IMG/VR virus record: IMGVR_UViG_3300027931_000002
Location: 1 to 36,147 of that record
DNA length: 36,147 nucleotides
Source: a virus
Strand: one strand, 5' to 3'
The stretch's first letter is position 1, and each line of letters begins with the position of its first letter. The position numbers and the translations under genes were made by a program. The notes beneath the pieces were generated by a model that was given only the letters and a program-made list of their open reading frames with translations, was not told the origin of the DNA and did not search any database. Shown in pieces: positions 7,444-16,579 of this stretch.

Positions 7444-8306
7444 GGAGTCCCACCTGTAGTCTTTGTCTCGAACTGGTTAATTACTGTTGCGTTACCGTAA
7501 GTGGTGGATATCTTTATTGATACATAGTTATTTATGGTTCCACTATAATAGTTATAGGCTATTACTAATAATCCATTACTTGTAGTAATACCTATGAATA
7601 CTGGTACGTTTGTATAAGAACTATATACTTGTCCGTTTACTACTAAGTTTACTTGTGAATTACCGAATCCCACTAGCTTTGATATTATTGTTATTTGATC
7701 GCTTCCAATATACATTGCATCTATACCTTGGAATGCTGATGTGTTAATGTAATTAAGTAGTTGTGACTGCGGAAATGTTGGATTCTGTTTTAGTATAGTA
7801 TTCCATGATGGTACCAAAAATAATCCGAAGAAGTATAAGATTGGTGCCACCAGTGTCTTGAATGTTACTACGCTCGTGTATTGTGATATTGCACTCACAG
7901 TAGTATAGTTTGCTCCCGCTATTATCGTTATCTCATATTCAATATTCAAATAGTCGTGTTCCGTCTTTGATAATGGCTGGTTTAGGTTAATATCTGCGAT
8001 TTTATATAACAAGGCAGATTGGGTTGATGCCCATATTTCTATCTCATCAGTAGTGTAAGTGAATGGTGATGCATCGGTTCCGCTGTATCTTATTGTAATA
8101 GTTTCTTCCTGTGATGCGTTTATAATGTCAGTTACGTTTATTGATGTTATTGTTGTCCTTGATACTGTAACGTTGTTGTTTTTCATTATCGCAATTATTT
8201 GATATGGTGCTAGTGTAGTTATTGCCTGTGTTGTTGATGATTCTACTGTTACTACACCGTTTGCGATGTAATTAAGGATTGCTAATAGAACTTCTTTAGA
8301 TATCAT
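7440..8306 (-). CDS. Ser/Thr/Asn-rich virion (terminal fibre-like) protein, 288 aa
   Basis: Same composition and 4-nt overlaps on both sides, giving an operon-like chain. Confidence 0.6.
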   Translation of the reverse strand: MISKEVLLAILNYIANGVVTVESSTTQAITTLAPYQIIAIMKNNNVTVSRTTITSINVTDIINASQEETITIRYSGTDASPFTYTTDEIEIWASTQSALLYKIADINLNQPLSKTEHDYLNIEYEITIIAGANYTTVSAISQYTSVVTFKTLVAPILYFFGLFLVPSWNTILKQNPTFPQSQLLNYINTSAFQGIDAMYIGSDQITIISKLVGFGNSQVNLVVNGQVYSSYTNVPVFIGITTSNGLLVIAYNYYSGTINNYVSIKISTTYGNATVINQFETKTTGGTP

Positions 8307-9040
8307 GATTCCACCTCATATGTTAGTCCAATCACTATGAGGTATGTTGCTTGGTTTGATGTTGGTGGTAGTTTCACATTTAATGTTGCACTGAATACGT
8401 AAATATCAGTTACTATTGGTGGTACTGATGATGTTAATGCAGTTATTGTCGGTGTTCCATTTCCTGTTGTGGTCAGCTGTAGTATTATACTAAAACCATT
8501 TATTGTTAACCCCGTTCCTACTAATGCTACTGTTCCGCTTACTCCACTGACAACATATGATATTATGCCAGTATAGTTATTAAATGGAAATACGTTCTGA
8601 AGTACTAACCCTGGGACTAATAAGTATAGGAATGAGTAATTAATGTATACTGATGGTGTATTTTGAAGTTCAAGTGTAAAGTATATGGTTACTGCTTCAC
8701 TTTCCGATTTTGAATAGTTTAATCCGGTGGTTCTAGAAACTAGGTACTGTAATACTCCATTGTTTTCGGTGTATATATCTACTTCATCAAAACTATAAAC
8801 ATTGTTACTGGTATCATAAAATAGGAATTGTACACTTGTAGTACTTATTGATACTTGGTACCCTGTCAGTTTTGCTACCACATTTCCACTGTTTTTTAAT
8901 ACTGCCACTATACTTGTTGGTGCGTTAGTTGTGAATGTTGAGCCACTGTAATAATAATAGTTAAACATTGTAGCTTTCTGATTTTGCCCAAAGATAATCA
9001 TTGTCGATACTGCTGATAGATACTCTTGCGATAATGTCAC
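8303..9040 (-). CDS. Ser/Thr/Asn-rich virion (terminal fibre-like) protein, 245 aa
   Basis: The N-terminus MTLSQEYLSAVSTMI parallels 6592..7443. 4-nt overlaps on both sides. Confidence 0.6.
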   Translation of the reverse strand: MTLSQEYLSAVSTMIIFGQNQKATMFNYYYYSGSTFTTNAPTSIVAVLKNSGNVVAKLTGYQVSISTTSVQFLFYDTSNNVYSFDEVDIYTENNGVLQYLVSRTTGLNYSKSESEAVTIYFTLELQNTPSVYINYSFLYLLVPGLVLQNVFPFNNYTGIISYVVSGVSGTVALVGTGLTINGFSIILQLTTTGNGTPTITALTSSVPPIVTDIYVFSATLNVKLPPTSNQATYLIVIGLTYEVES

Positions 9041-9234
9041 TTCAATTGCACCACATTCTGTTTATCGGTTATTGTAACTATACCTAATTCGATTAGTTTT
9101 CTTAACATTAGGTCTGGCGTGTTAGTGCATTTTGTCAGCAATCTATATAGATCGGTAATAGCAATATAATCTCCACTATGGTAATAGAACTGTAGCTGTA
9201 TTTGACTACATAATAACTCGTTTAATATGCTCAA
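9037..9234 (-). CDS. Small protein, 65 aa, possible winged helix
   Basis: ORF with 4-nt overlaps on both sides. ITDLYRLL...LMLRKLIELGIV looks like an HTH. Confidence 0.5.
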   Translation of the reverse strand: MSILNELLCSQIQLQFYYHSGDYIAITDLYRLLTKCTNTPDLMLRKLIELGIVTITDKQNVVQLK

Positions 9235-9671
9235 AAGTCAATATCACCTCCTACTTGTGTTGGTTGTTGTGCCATTCTTCTTCCAGTATTAACTTTAATT
9301 ACGACGTCAGTAGTATCACCTACTTTAACTTCTTCAATTCCAATGATTGGCATATTTGCCATTTGTGTCAAGTCGTCAATGAATTTTTTCTTTATTGGTA
9401 TTTTTAGTATTGAAGTCCCTGTATATTGGCTTAAATCAATTTTTAGCCCATTGTCAAGTTGTATTGGTTCAAATCCGACCTTTGTGGCAATGTATAGGTA
9501 TATGTTGTCACCATCAAGTGATATTCGTATGAAATTCATGTCGGTAGCAAATTGTTGAAATAGTTTCTTTAATGATATTTTTGCTATTAAGTTACCTTTA
9601 TCATCAACGTCACCGCCTTGTACACTGTTAAGTAATATCGATTTCATCATGTTAACATCAAATTTGGACAT
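9231..9671 (-). CDS. Hypothetical protein, 146 aa
   Basis: ORF track entry, coupled to its neighbours by overlaps. Confidence 0.6.
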   Translation of the reverse strand: MSKFDVNMMKSILLNSVQGGDVDDKGNLIAKISLKKLFQQFATDMNFIRISLDGDNIYLYIATKVGFEPIQLDNGLKIDLSQYTGTSILKIPIKKKFIDDLTQMANMPIIGIEEVKVGDTTDVVIKVNTGRRMAQQPTQVGGDIDF

Positions 9672-9913
9672 TATAGCAACCCGTAGTAAGTCATAATTGC
9701 TAATGATCCTGCAAACTGTATGAACCTAATTGGGTCTTTTTGGAAAGTCCCATATACTCTTCCTAAATATTTCCAGAACGCTTTAACATATTCAAATAGG
9801 TAATGTAACCCTAACTTAATGTAATGCGATATTTTATTTCCGATATATCTTAGTCCTTTTCCTATTTGGTATATTACCTGTGAGAATACTTTACCTAAAC
9901 CTGTTAATCCCAT
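9671..9913 (-). CDS. Small Gly/Lys/Tyr-rich membrane-associated protein, 80 aa
   Basis: ORF track entry with a hydrophobic C-terminus. It is the first gene of the 9913->6592 overlap chain. Confidence 0.55.
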   Translation of the reverse strand: MGLTGLGKVFSQVIYQIGKGLRYIGNKISHYIKLGLHYLFEYVKAFWKYLGRVYGTFQKDPIRFIQFAGSLAIMTYYGLL

Positions 9914-9949
9914 AAGTAAAAGTATGAGGAGTAACTAAAAAATATTTCA

Positions 9950-10723
9950 CTATGTGGTTACCCATGTAGCATTATAAAATACTAATGCTAACTGTCCTAC
10001 TTGTATTATTGCTTGCAGTACTTGTACTATCAAGTTCACATATCCACCACTTGCAGATACCACAATACCTAAGTTAGTGTATGTCGTTTCTGATGTCATA
10101 CTTTGGAATTGATAATAAACTGATATCGAGTTATTTGTAAACGATGCATTTACTTGGATATATTGCCCGTTATATGTTATATAGTATGTTGGTGGTGATG
10201 TTAGATATCCAAGATTTTGTATTGAATTTATTGCGGATTGTACATTTTGTAATGGTGCATTGGTAAATGGTGTCTCATTTGATGGTGGTGAAAAGAAGGC
10301 GAAAATTAGGTATGGCGTATAATAATCTTGTGGTGATATGTTGAACGATATCGTCCATATTACTTGTAGGGTTCCAGATGATAGTGTAACATTACTTGCT
10401 TGTGCTACCAAGAAAGTTCCTAATGATGATGATAGGTATAATTGTAATATGTTTGTCGATGATGGTGCATTACTTATTACAAATATGAATTGTAATTGTA
10501 GTTTTGTTGATACTTGTTTGTAAGATAATGAACCTGGGTATGATCCTACTAATATGTTGTTGGACAGTAGTTGTATCGTATATGCGTAATTCGATATTGT
10601 CCCTCCTACTTGAGCATACTGTATTATTGCTGTTATTAGTTGTTGTTGGACTTGGTTCTTATACTTGTAAGTTTTTCCTTCTGTGTCTCTTATCTCTACT
10701 TCGCCGGTAACTCCTACTTTCAT
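9950..10723 (-). CDS. Ser/Thr/Asn-rich fibre-like protein, 257 aa, with shared N-terminal module
   Basis: N-terminal VTGEVEIRDTEGKTYKYKNQV...L aligns with IHGEVTLYTTEGKIIKHNTIV...L of 10733..11986. Confidence 0.6.
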   Translation of the reverse strand: MKVGVTGEVEIRDTEGKTYKYKNQVQQQLITAIIQYAQVGGTISNYAYTIQLLSNNILVGSYPGSLSYKQVSTKLQLQFIFVISNAPSSTNILQLYLSSSLGTFLVAQASNVTLSSGTLQVIWTISFNISPQDYYTPYLIFAFFSPPSNETPFTNAPLQNVQSAINSIQNLGYLTSPPTYYITYNGQYIQVNASFTNNSISVYYQFQSMTSETTYTNLGIVVSASGGYVNLIVQVLQAIIQVGQLALVFYNATWVTT

Positions 10724-10732
10724 TTATTTCAC

Positions 10733-11986
10733 CTAATCACCATTGTATGTAGCAGTTATTGGTAATAACTGTGATGATTTATAATTAACAGGTATTTGTA
10801 CTGAGTATGGATACCAGTTTTGTATCCTTACTAGTGACCAATTTGCATAGTTACCACCATTTCTAGCAGTAACAATAACATAACCTACACTTGGTGGAGT
10901 AAATGGCAATGTTACAGTTTGTGATGCTATTGTAGTATTAGCCGTTAAGTCAGTCACCGTTATAGTCATTGTTGTACCTGATACCTGTATCGATATTACG
11001 AATATGTCTCCTGCAGTCATTGAAGTTCCAGACCCACTGCCACTACTTGCTAATATTGTTTGTTTATACCCCGACGATGTCCACCATGTAACTGAAATCG
11101 GTTGTGATGAATATGGATCAAACTCAACTACTATTTGGTTTCCACTTCCATATGCTAGTGTACTGTTAGTCATTCCACTTATTGATGCAGTATTGAATGC
11201 TATTGGTGGTGTTGTACTATATAGGCATATTGCAAACCCGTCTGCTAATGGTGATGACCCGGAACTAAAAGTGAACTGTATTGTTAGATTTTGTGAATTC
11301 CAAAGATAGTAAAATACGGTGTGTTGTGACCCTGATGCTGGTACTAATTGTAGTGCGAAGTTATTGTTAATTGTTACTGCTGATGGTGCTGTGGTATAAT
11401 CTAGGAATGTAAAGAAGTGAGTGTTGAGGTAGGTAATTGGGTTATTAGCTGTGGTGTCATTGAAGAATGCGTATAAGTACCGACTATAGTTATTTAGGTT
11501 AAGTAACGCATTTATGTTATTATCGTCAACATATAACATTTCGGCAAAGTTAGTACTGGGTATTATTTGAGGTAGTATTAAGTTTAGTAATACTCCTGTT
11601 TTGTCTTGGATATAGATTGCCCACTCTATTTGTGTTACTCCCGTTATTTCCCTAGTATATACTATTGATGCAAGTGGTTGTTTGAATAATGACATTGAGT
11701 ATGGATATAGGAATGCACTTATAATATTGATCGGTTGTTGAAAAGTTGCGGTGAAAATGAAGACGTATCCGTTCTCGTACTGTTGTACAGAATAGGTAGC
11801 GTTTGCTGTTCCTCCACTTGTTGATATTATCGGTGTTTCTATTGTTGATGGTGTGGATTTTGTATACGCGACTAAATTTAACAATACTGAAAGGTTGACT
11901 ATGGTGTTATGTTTAATAATTTTACCCTCGGTAGTATATAGGGTTACTTCTCCATGTATTCTAGGTTGCGAATTCAATCTGGACAC
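10733..11986 (-). CDS. Fibre-like protein, 417 aa, with C-terminal legume-lectin/ConA-like domain
   Basis: Four segments match the L-type lectin hallmarks in order: LTIQFTFSSGSSPLADGFAICL (FsF....aDGlaFfl), GNQIVVEFDPY (vAVEFDT), GDIFVISIQVSGTTMTITV, and VGYVIVTARNGG...WSL (vGFSaaTG...sW). Confidence 0.65.
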   Translation of the reverse strand: MSRLNSQPRIHGEVTLYTTEGKIIKHNTIVNLSVLLNLVAYTKSTPSTIETPIISTSGGTANATYSVQQYENGYVFIFTATFQQPINIISAFLYPYSMSLFKQPLASIVYTREITGVTQIEWAIYIQDKTGVLLNLILPQIIPSTNFAEMLYVDDNNINALLNLNNYSRYLYAFFNDTTANNPITYLNTHFFTFLDYTTAPSAVTINNNFALQLVPASGSQHTVFYYLWNSQNLTIQFTFSSGSSPLADGFAICLYSTTPPIAFNTASISGMTNSTLAYGSGNQIVVEFDPYSSQPISVTWWTSSGYKQTILASSGSGSGTSMTAGDIFVISIQVSGTTMTITVTDLTANTTIASQTVTLPFTPPSVGYVIVTARNGGNYANWSLVRIQNWYPYSVQIPVNYKSSQLLPITATYNGD

Positions 11987-12908
11987 CCATATATGGTTCC
12001 GATACAGTTGGTATGTATACTTGGACGTATATTGGATTTACACCTGACCCATTGGTAAAACATGAAGTACCATTTTGATAACTGCTAAAATTAACAGGTC
12101 CTACTACAAAATATTCCATACAATATAGAGTATAAATATAGAGTGTTGTACTTACGTATGATGTGAATGAGTTTGAAGGTCCTGCCCCATAAGTGTTATA
12201 AAATATATCAGTAAATAATTGTGTTGTTACAAAACTGGTTTGGGTGTATTGTGACGATAACCCAGAAGGATTGCAACCATTCCACTGAGTCGGTAATAGT
12301 GAATTTGCATTTCTTTCTACACATGCACCACAATTACCAGCGAAATTTGAGCATCCCCAACCACCAGGTTGACCTGTTGTAGTTGGGATGTAAATGATTC
12401 CCGGTGACGGTGATATTGTTATTGTGATTATCCATGTCAGCGTTAATATTTCATCAGAATTTTTAGTCACAGATAGATTTGCAGTAGCTATGGGGATGTT
12501 GTATCCTGCACTTGTCGTAATTAATTGTTCACTTGTTGCAGTATACGAATTAGCACTGTCATCCATAACTGTGAATGATACGATTGCTGAGTTTTCAGTT
12601 GCAGAAGCACCGGGAGGAATGGAAAAAGATAGAGTATATGTTTGCCCTGTTGTTGTAGTTATAATGATTCCCGATGATGACGCTGTTGCTCCAAGATATG
12701 ATGCACCTGACATGTACCTTTGGAATGCATTAAGTAAGTATGATAACCCAGTTATAGTGTTTTTTTTGCTTTTTATTGTAACAAGAGTTTTTTCTAAGTC
12801 ATATTTTTTAATCTCTGACGTATTACGCTTTTCAATCTTGGCAATTAGAAATCCACTTACTTTAGCCTTAACTTTGAGAAATCTGCCACTTAATTTATTG
12901 CATTCCAT
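11961..12908 (-). CDS. Fibre-like protein, 315 aa, with Cys-rich C-terminal part
   Basis: The N-terminal region is loosely similar to the previous two genes. It contains GGWGCSNFAGNCGACVERN...NGCNPSG and overlaps the downstream gene by 26 nt. Confidence 0.6.
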   Translation of the reverse strand: MECNKLSGRFLKVKAKVSGFLIAKIEKRNTSEIKKYDLEKTLVTIKSKKNTITGLSYLLNAFQRYMSGASYLGATASSSGIIITTTTGQTYTLSFSIPPGASATENSAIVSFTVMDDSANSYTATSEQLITTSAGYNIPIATANLSVTKNSDEILTLTWIITITISPSPGIIYIPTTTGQPGGWGCSNFAGNCGACVERNANSLLPTQWNGCNPSGLSSQYTQTSFVTTQLFTDIFYNTYGAGPSNSFTSYVSTTLYIYTLYCMEYFVVGPVNFSSYQNGTSCFTNGSGVNPIYVQVYIPTVSEPYMGVQIEFAT

Positions 12909-12956
12909 ATTATCATTTTTATCAATAAGTTTATTAAGGTTATGCTATGGTGCAAA

Positions 12957-14570
12957 TCAACCAGAGTATGGTGATACTGATGCGGTTGCGGTATCAGATT
13001 GTATATACTGTGCTGGTATATATGGACTACTAAATACCGATACTGATGCAGTTGCAGTATCAGATTGCATATATTGTGCTGGTATATATGAATTATTAAA
13101 TAATGATGTTGGTGCTGATACGGAATTACCTATAATGTTCCCTATCTCTAAACACACTTGTACACTACTATCAATACCCTCATTTATTGCACCACTAATA
13201 CTACTTACAGGTGCATTATTTGCAGGTGGTAAACATATTGGTACTCCAAGTAAGTATGTCTGTACACTTACTCCACCTGTAAATGATACATCTACATTAT
13301 CTTGTTCACTTACTTTGTTTATTTTCAACTGTGCATATGGCAACACGTATACGCTATCTGTTTCACTGAATGATATGAATTCCCTAGTTATTTGTGCAAT
13401 ATATCCATCTATGCTGAGCTGGTCAATTGCCGTGACACTGTTCGGATATGGTGATACTAGTTTATTACTGACAGTTGGTAATGCTGTCAGTATCTCCTCA
13501 TCGTTCTCCCTAACACCGACCACATATTTCTCAAAAGTTTGTGCTGACTTTAATTGCACTGATGCAGAAGGTGGTTGAGTTACCGTAGGTGGTGTATAAT
13601 TTGGGGATACGGGTTGGAATGGGTTCGGTATACTTATCTTGCTTGTAACACTAGATTTAGGTGGAGTGTTGACTTGAGTCCTTTGTGATGCACCAACGCC
13701 AGTGATTTCAGGGAAGAACGAATTTATTGCTGACTCAGCAATTAGCGAAGTAAATCCTGCAATAAATGGAGACCCTATCTTTAATAATATCGGTGCCAGC
13801 GTCTTCTTCTTAGCCATATTTTCTGCCAGTCTATCAAGGGATTTCATTTCTTCAAAGAACAAGTTATAGGAAGCTACTTTTGGCAACGCTGATGCTATCT
13901 TGGATGTCACATATTTTGACACGTCCTCAGGTGCATACTTCAGATCGTTAAATATATTACCCACATAATCTATCGCTCCATTAAATAGATTTTCGACATG
14001 TGATGCAAATGACGTTAGTGCATTGAGTATGTCACCACCAACTGTTAATAACCCATTCCATATGGTTGCAAAGAAATTCTTAATATCAGCATATATGTCA
14101 CCAAATATCACGGGTAATTGCATTAATGAGTAACCTATTTCCCTAAATCCGTTATATAACCATTCACCAACACCATGTAAAGCGTCTCCAATATGTACTA
14201 TTCCACCCCATATCCACTTACCAATATACTCAAAGGCATTTGCAACTCTCTGAAATGCACCGTATACTGCACTAGCGACAATATGGAAAGCCTCATAGAA
14301 GAAAGTACCAAATGAAGTAGCAAATGATACTAGACCATGCCATATGGCACTACCTAACTGTCCAAAAATACTCGCTATATCACTTCCTATCGATAGGATG
14401 CCATTATATATTCCCTGAGCAATATTAGCTATCGAATGTATAACTCCTTGTATAGCGTTTTGCACACCGTTCACTATGTTTGATCCAAAGTTTACTACAC
14501 CGCTAAAGGTATCACTAGCTCCACTGAAGAAATTAGTAATATCCTGTTCTATCCCACTAATGAAACTCAT
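12957..14570 (-). CDS. Large virion-associated protein (537 aa): Gly/aromatic amphipathic repeats at the N-terminus, 22-aa tandem repeat at the C-terminus
   Basis: The start is moved to ATG 14570 (MSFISGIEQD...). The track start at 14696 would overlap the neighbouring gene and add an odd hydrophobic leader. The N-terminal 250 aa are rich in G-x-x-x-G/N-G-I-type repeats. Confidence 0.6.
   Translation of the reverse strand: MSFISGIEQDITNFFSGASDTFSGVVNFGSNIVNGVQNAIQGVIHSIANIAQGIYNGILSIGSDIASIFGQLGSAIWHGLVSFATSFGTFFYEAFHIVASAVYGAFQRVANAFEYIGKWIWGGIVHIGDALHGVGEWLYNGFREIGYSLMQLPVIFGDIYADIKNFFATIWNGLLTVGGDILNALTSFASHVENLFNGAIDYVGNIFNDLKYAPEDVSKYVTSKIASALPKVASYNLFFEEMKSLDRLAENMAKKKTLAPILLKIGSPFIAGFTSLIAESAINSFFPEITGVGASQRTQVNTPPKSSVTSKISIPNPFQPVSPNYTPPTVTQPPSASVQLKSAQTFEKYVVGVRENDEEILTALPTVSNKLVSPYPNSVTAIDQLSIDGYIAQITREFISFSETDSVYVLPYAQLKINKVSEQDNVDVSFTGGVSVQTYLLGVPICLPPANNAPVSSISGAINEGIDSSVQVCLEIGNIIGNSVSAPTSLFNNSYIPAQYMQSDTATASVSVFSSPYIPAQYIQSDTATASVSPYSG
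12973..13104. repeat. 66-bp tandem duplication (2 units) inside the 3' end of 12957..14570
   Basis: Unit 1 (12973-13038) and unit 2 (13039-13104) both begin GATACTGATGC.GTTGC.GTATCAGATTG.ATATA.TGTGCTGGTATATATG. About 48 of the first 52 nt are identical. The repeat encodes (S)PYIPAQY(I/M)QSDTATASVS twice. Confidence 0.85.
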
Positions 14571-14649
14571 GCTAATTTTATATACCCCGAGACGGAATAA
14601 AAAAGTATGGGAAAAATTAAGGTACGTGATGAAATAAAAATAGCTGTTG

Positions 14650-15555
14650 TTAAGAAGAATAACGAGAAGAACGAAGCAAATAAGAAATAGATTCATAAAT
14701 TTTTTCGGGCTTAAACTCTTCCCTAGCCTTATTTTTTATTTTCCATGATAGTTCCTTATATTCATTTTCCGACATTGACAACGCATATTTTACCGCTTCA
14801 ATAACGTCCTCATATTCATATTCAAACCAATCCTCCCTCTTTTTATATGCGGGTATCGGTATCCCTTCTGCATATTCCTCAAACGCGTGACCGTTAATGA
14901 AAATGGGTATCGTTCCTGCTATCATTGATTCAAGGACAGGTAACCCAAATCCTTCCGTATGAGACAAAGCTAGGTAGAAACGTGATTGAGTTATCATTTT
15001 ATATAGTTCCTCTCTTTTTAATGACATGAATTTGTAACACCAATCCTCTCCATTACATTCATTACTTATTTCAATATACTTTAACCCTAATTCTTTAGCA
15101 ATCTTCCTCGCTACCTTAAGCCCCTTATGGTCATCTTCAGTATTGTAACCAATAGTGATAACGTCGAATTTTTTCTCCTTTACATTATCAACTACCTGTA
15201 TTTCGTCTGGGTCATAAGGATGTGGTACTACTTCTACACGTTTAAATAATTTCGAGAATAATTTAGCGTTATAATTTGATGTCGTAATTAATAGGTGGTC
15301 TTCTTTTCTGTATACGTCTTTGATGTATTGATATGGCGAATCACCTCTTATGATACTTCTAGGTGATTCTATATTATCAATTACTCTACACTGTGACCAC
15401 CACAAATTTACGTCGATAAACTCAATGTCGCCATTACAACCTATTTTCTGTAACACGATGTCCTTGCTCCTAGTTTTTATCCAGTTGTAGAATTGGGTTG
15501 CAACAATATCAAAACTGCAATTAATGCATTGTTTGGAAATTATCATCTTGGTCAC
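14650..15555 (-). CDS. Glycosyltransferase (GT-B, GT4-like) with N-terminal 4-Cys module
   Basis: Motif SHTEGFGLPVLESMIAGTIPIF plus N-terminal QCINCSF. Paralogue of 5809..6591 and 18185..19060. Confidence 0.8.
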   Translation of the reverse strand: MTKMIISKQCINCSFDIVATQFYNWIKTRSKDIVLQKIGCNGDIEFIDVNLWWSQCRVIDNIESPRSIIRGDSPYQYIKDVYRKEDHLLITTSNYNAKLFSKLFKRVEVVPHPYDPDEIQVVDNVKEKKFDVITIGYNTEDDHKGLKVARKIAKELGLKYIEISNECNGEDWCYKFMSLKREELYKMITQSRFYLALSHTEGFGLPVLESMIAGTIPIFINGHAFEEYAEGIPIPAYKKREDWFEYEYEDVIEAVKYALSMSENEYKELSWKIKNKAREEFKPEKIYESISYLLRSSRYSS

Positions 15556-15557
15556 TC

Positions 15558-16130
15558 TTATATACAGTATTTGAGTCCGTTAATATAGTGACACACTCCG
15601 TTCATATATAACGTCCTGCTTTGTAATTGGATGTGTATGAATATGTCCACCGGGTTAGTCGTGTAGAGAGAGTTGTTTAGATAGTTATCAATTACCTCTC
15701 CCAGTTTAGGTTTCCACGATAACGGTAGGTAAAAGTTAGTTGATAGGAAGAAGGTCACTATAAAGTCGCTAGGTTTTGCCTTTGCAGGAATAGCGATAGT
15801 AGTCGGCACGTTTGCATTTTCGAACCGTTTAATTACGTTCTGTATATCATTTACAATGACGTCGCTGTCAAGGAATAGAATGTTATCGTTTATTCTCGAA
15901 ATTATTTCCTTAATCATTTTCACTATCCTTATTCGCCTATTAATCATTTCAACTTCATCAGAATTACTAGGTTTTATTCCCGTGTCAACGTAATGATAAT
16001 TGACATTCTTATCATAATAGACTTCTCCTATAATATATGACTTATCAACGAAAACATCCGTTAACTTATTTTTTTCTATAGCTTCTCTCAAGTATTGAGT
16101 TTTTCCCAGAAATGTCACAATATGTGTCAC
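15558..16130 (-). CDS. Putative GT-A type glycosyltransferase, 190 aa
   Basis: ILFLDSDVIVND is a DxD-like motif after a hydrophobic strand. Supported by its position within the glycosyltransferase cluster. Confidence 0.45.
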   Translation of the reverse strand: MTHIVTFLGKTQYLREAIEKNKLTDVFVDKSYIIGEVYYDKNVNYHYVDTGIKPSNSDEVEMINRRIRIVKMIKEIISRINDNILFLDSDVIVNDIQNVIKRFENANVPTTIAIPAKAKPSDFIVTFFLSTNFYLPLSWKPKLGEVIDNYLNNSLYTTNPVDIFIHIQLQSRTLYMNGVCHYINGLKYCI

Positions 16131-16220
16131 GTTATTAAACTTTTATATTCAAGATTTTATGTTTTTACGACTTTACTCGATACAAAAATTTATATATAAA
16201 ATGTGATATAACAAATTATT

Positions 16221-16538
16221 GTGGATTGGAAACCTATCAAAAGAGAGTTGTTTGTAACTATTGAGGGAATTCAAAAAGAAGGTGATACGGATAAATGTAC
16301 TGATTTTTTGTTTAAAGAATGTAGAAAGTTTGACGTAAGTGAGTGTGACGATTATTGGTCAACTTGCTGGGAGAAATTCAGGGTCAAAGTTTTTAATAAG
16401 ATAAAATATGAAGGAGACCGTTATCACAGTGCAGAATATGTATATGATATTTCTGTAATGAAACATTTATTAATTATATTCGCATTCTTAGCATCACTTG
16501 CAATAATTTTATCTTCTACCCTAATCTTTAACCTCTAA
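16221..16538 (+). CDS. Cys-rich protein with C-terminal TM anchor, 105 aa (GTG start)
   Basis: TATA-like TTTATATATAAAA lies about 26 nt upstream of GTG 16221. The C-terminus LLIIFAFLASLAIILSSTLIF is hydrophobic. Confidence 0.5.
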   Translation: MDWKPIKRELFVTIEGIQKEGDTDKCTDFLFKECRKFDVSECDDYWSTCWEKFRVKVFNKIKYEGDRYHSAEYVYDISVMKHLLIIFAFLASLAIILSSTLIFNL

Positions 16539-16579
16539 CCCATAACTTATTTATATTCACGTTTTTATCATTTTAGTGT

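Noticed and set aside
12394-13578. 394-aa ORF on the plus strand, the longest plus-strand ORF in the structural block
   Set aside because: It lies antisense to two well-supported minus-strand genes and spans their intergenic gap. The translated sequence is low-complexity (V/A/L/I/C-rich with repeats that merely mirror the 66-bp duplication). It has no promoter-like element or SD. Its openness is explained by the A/C-ending codon bias of the minus-strand genes.
15558-15600. Possible P-loop (FLGKTQ) at the N-terminus of 15558..16130
   Set aside because: The sequence lacks the G/A at the -5 position of Walker A (GxxxxGKT). The DxD-like LFLDSDV motif and the neighbourhood fit a GT-A glycosyltransferase better.
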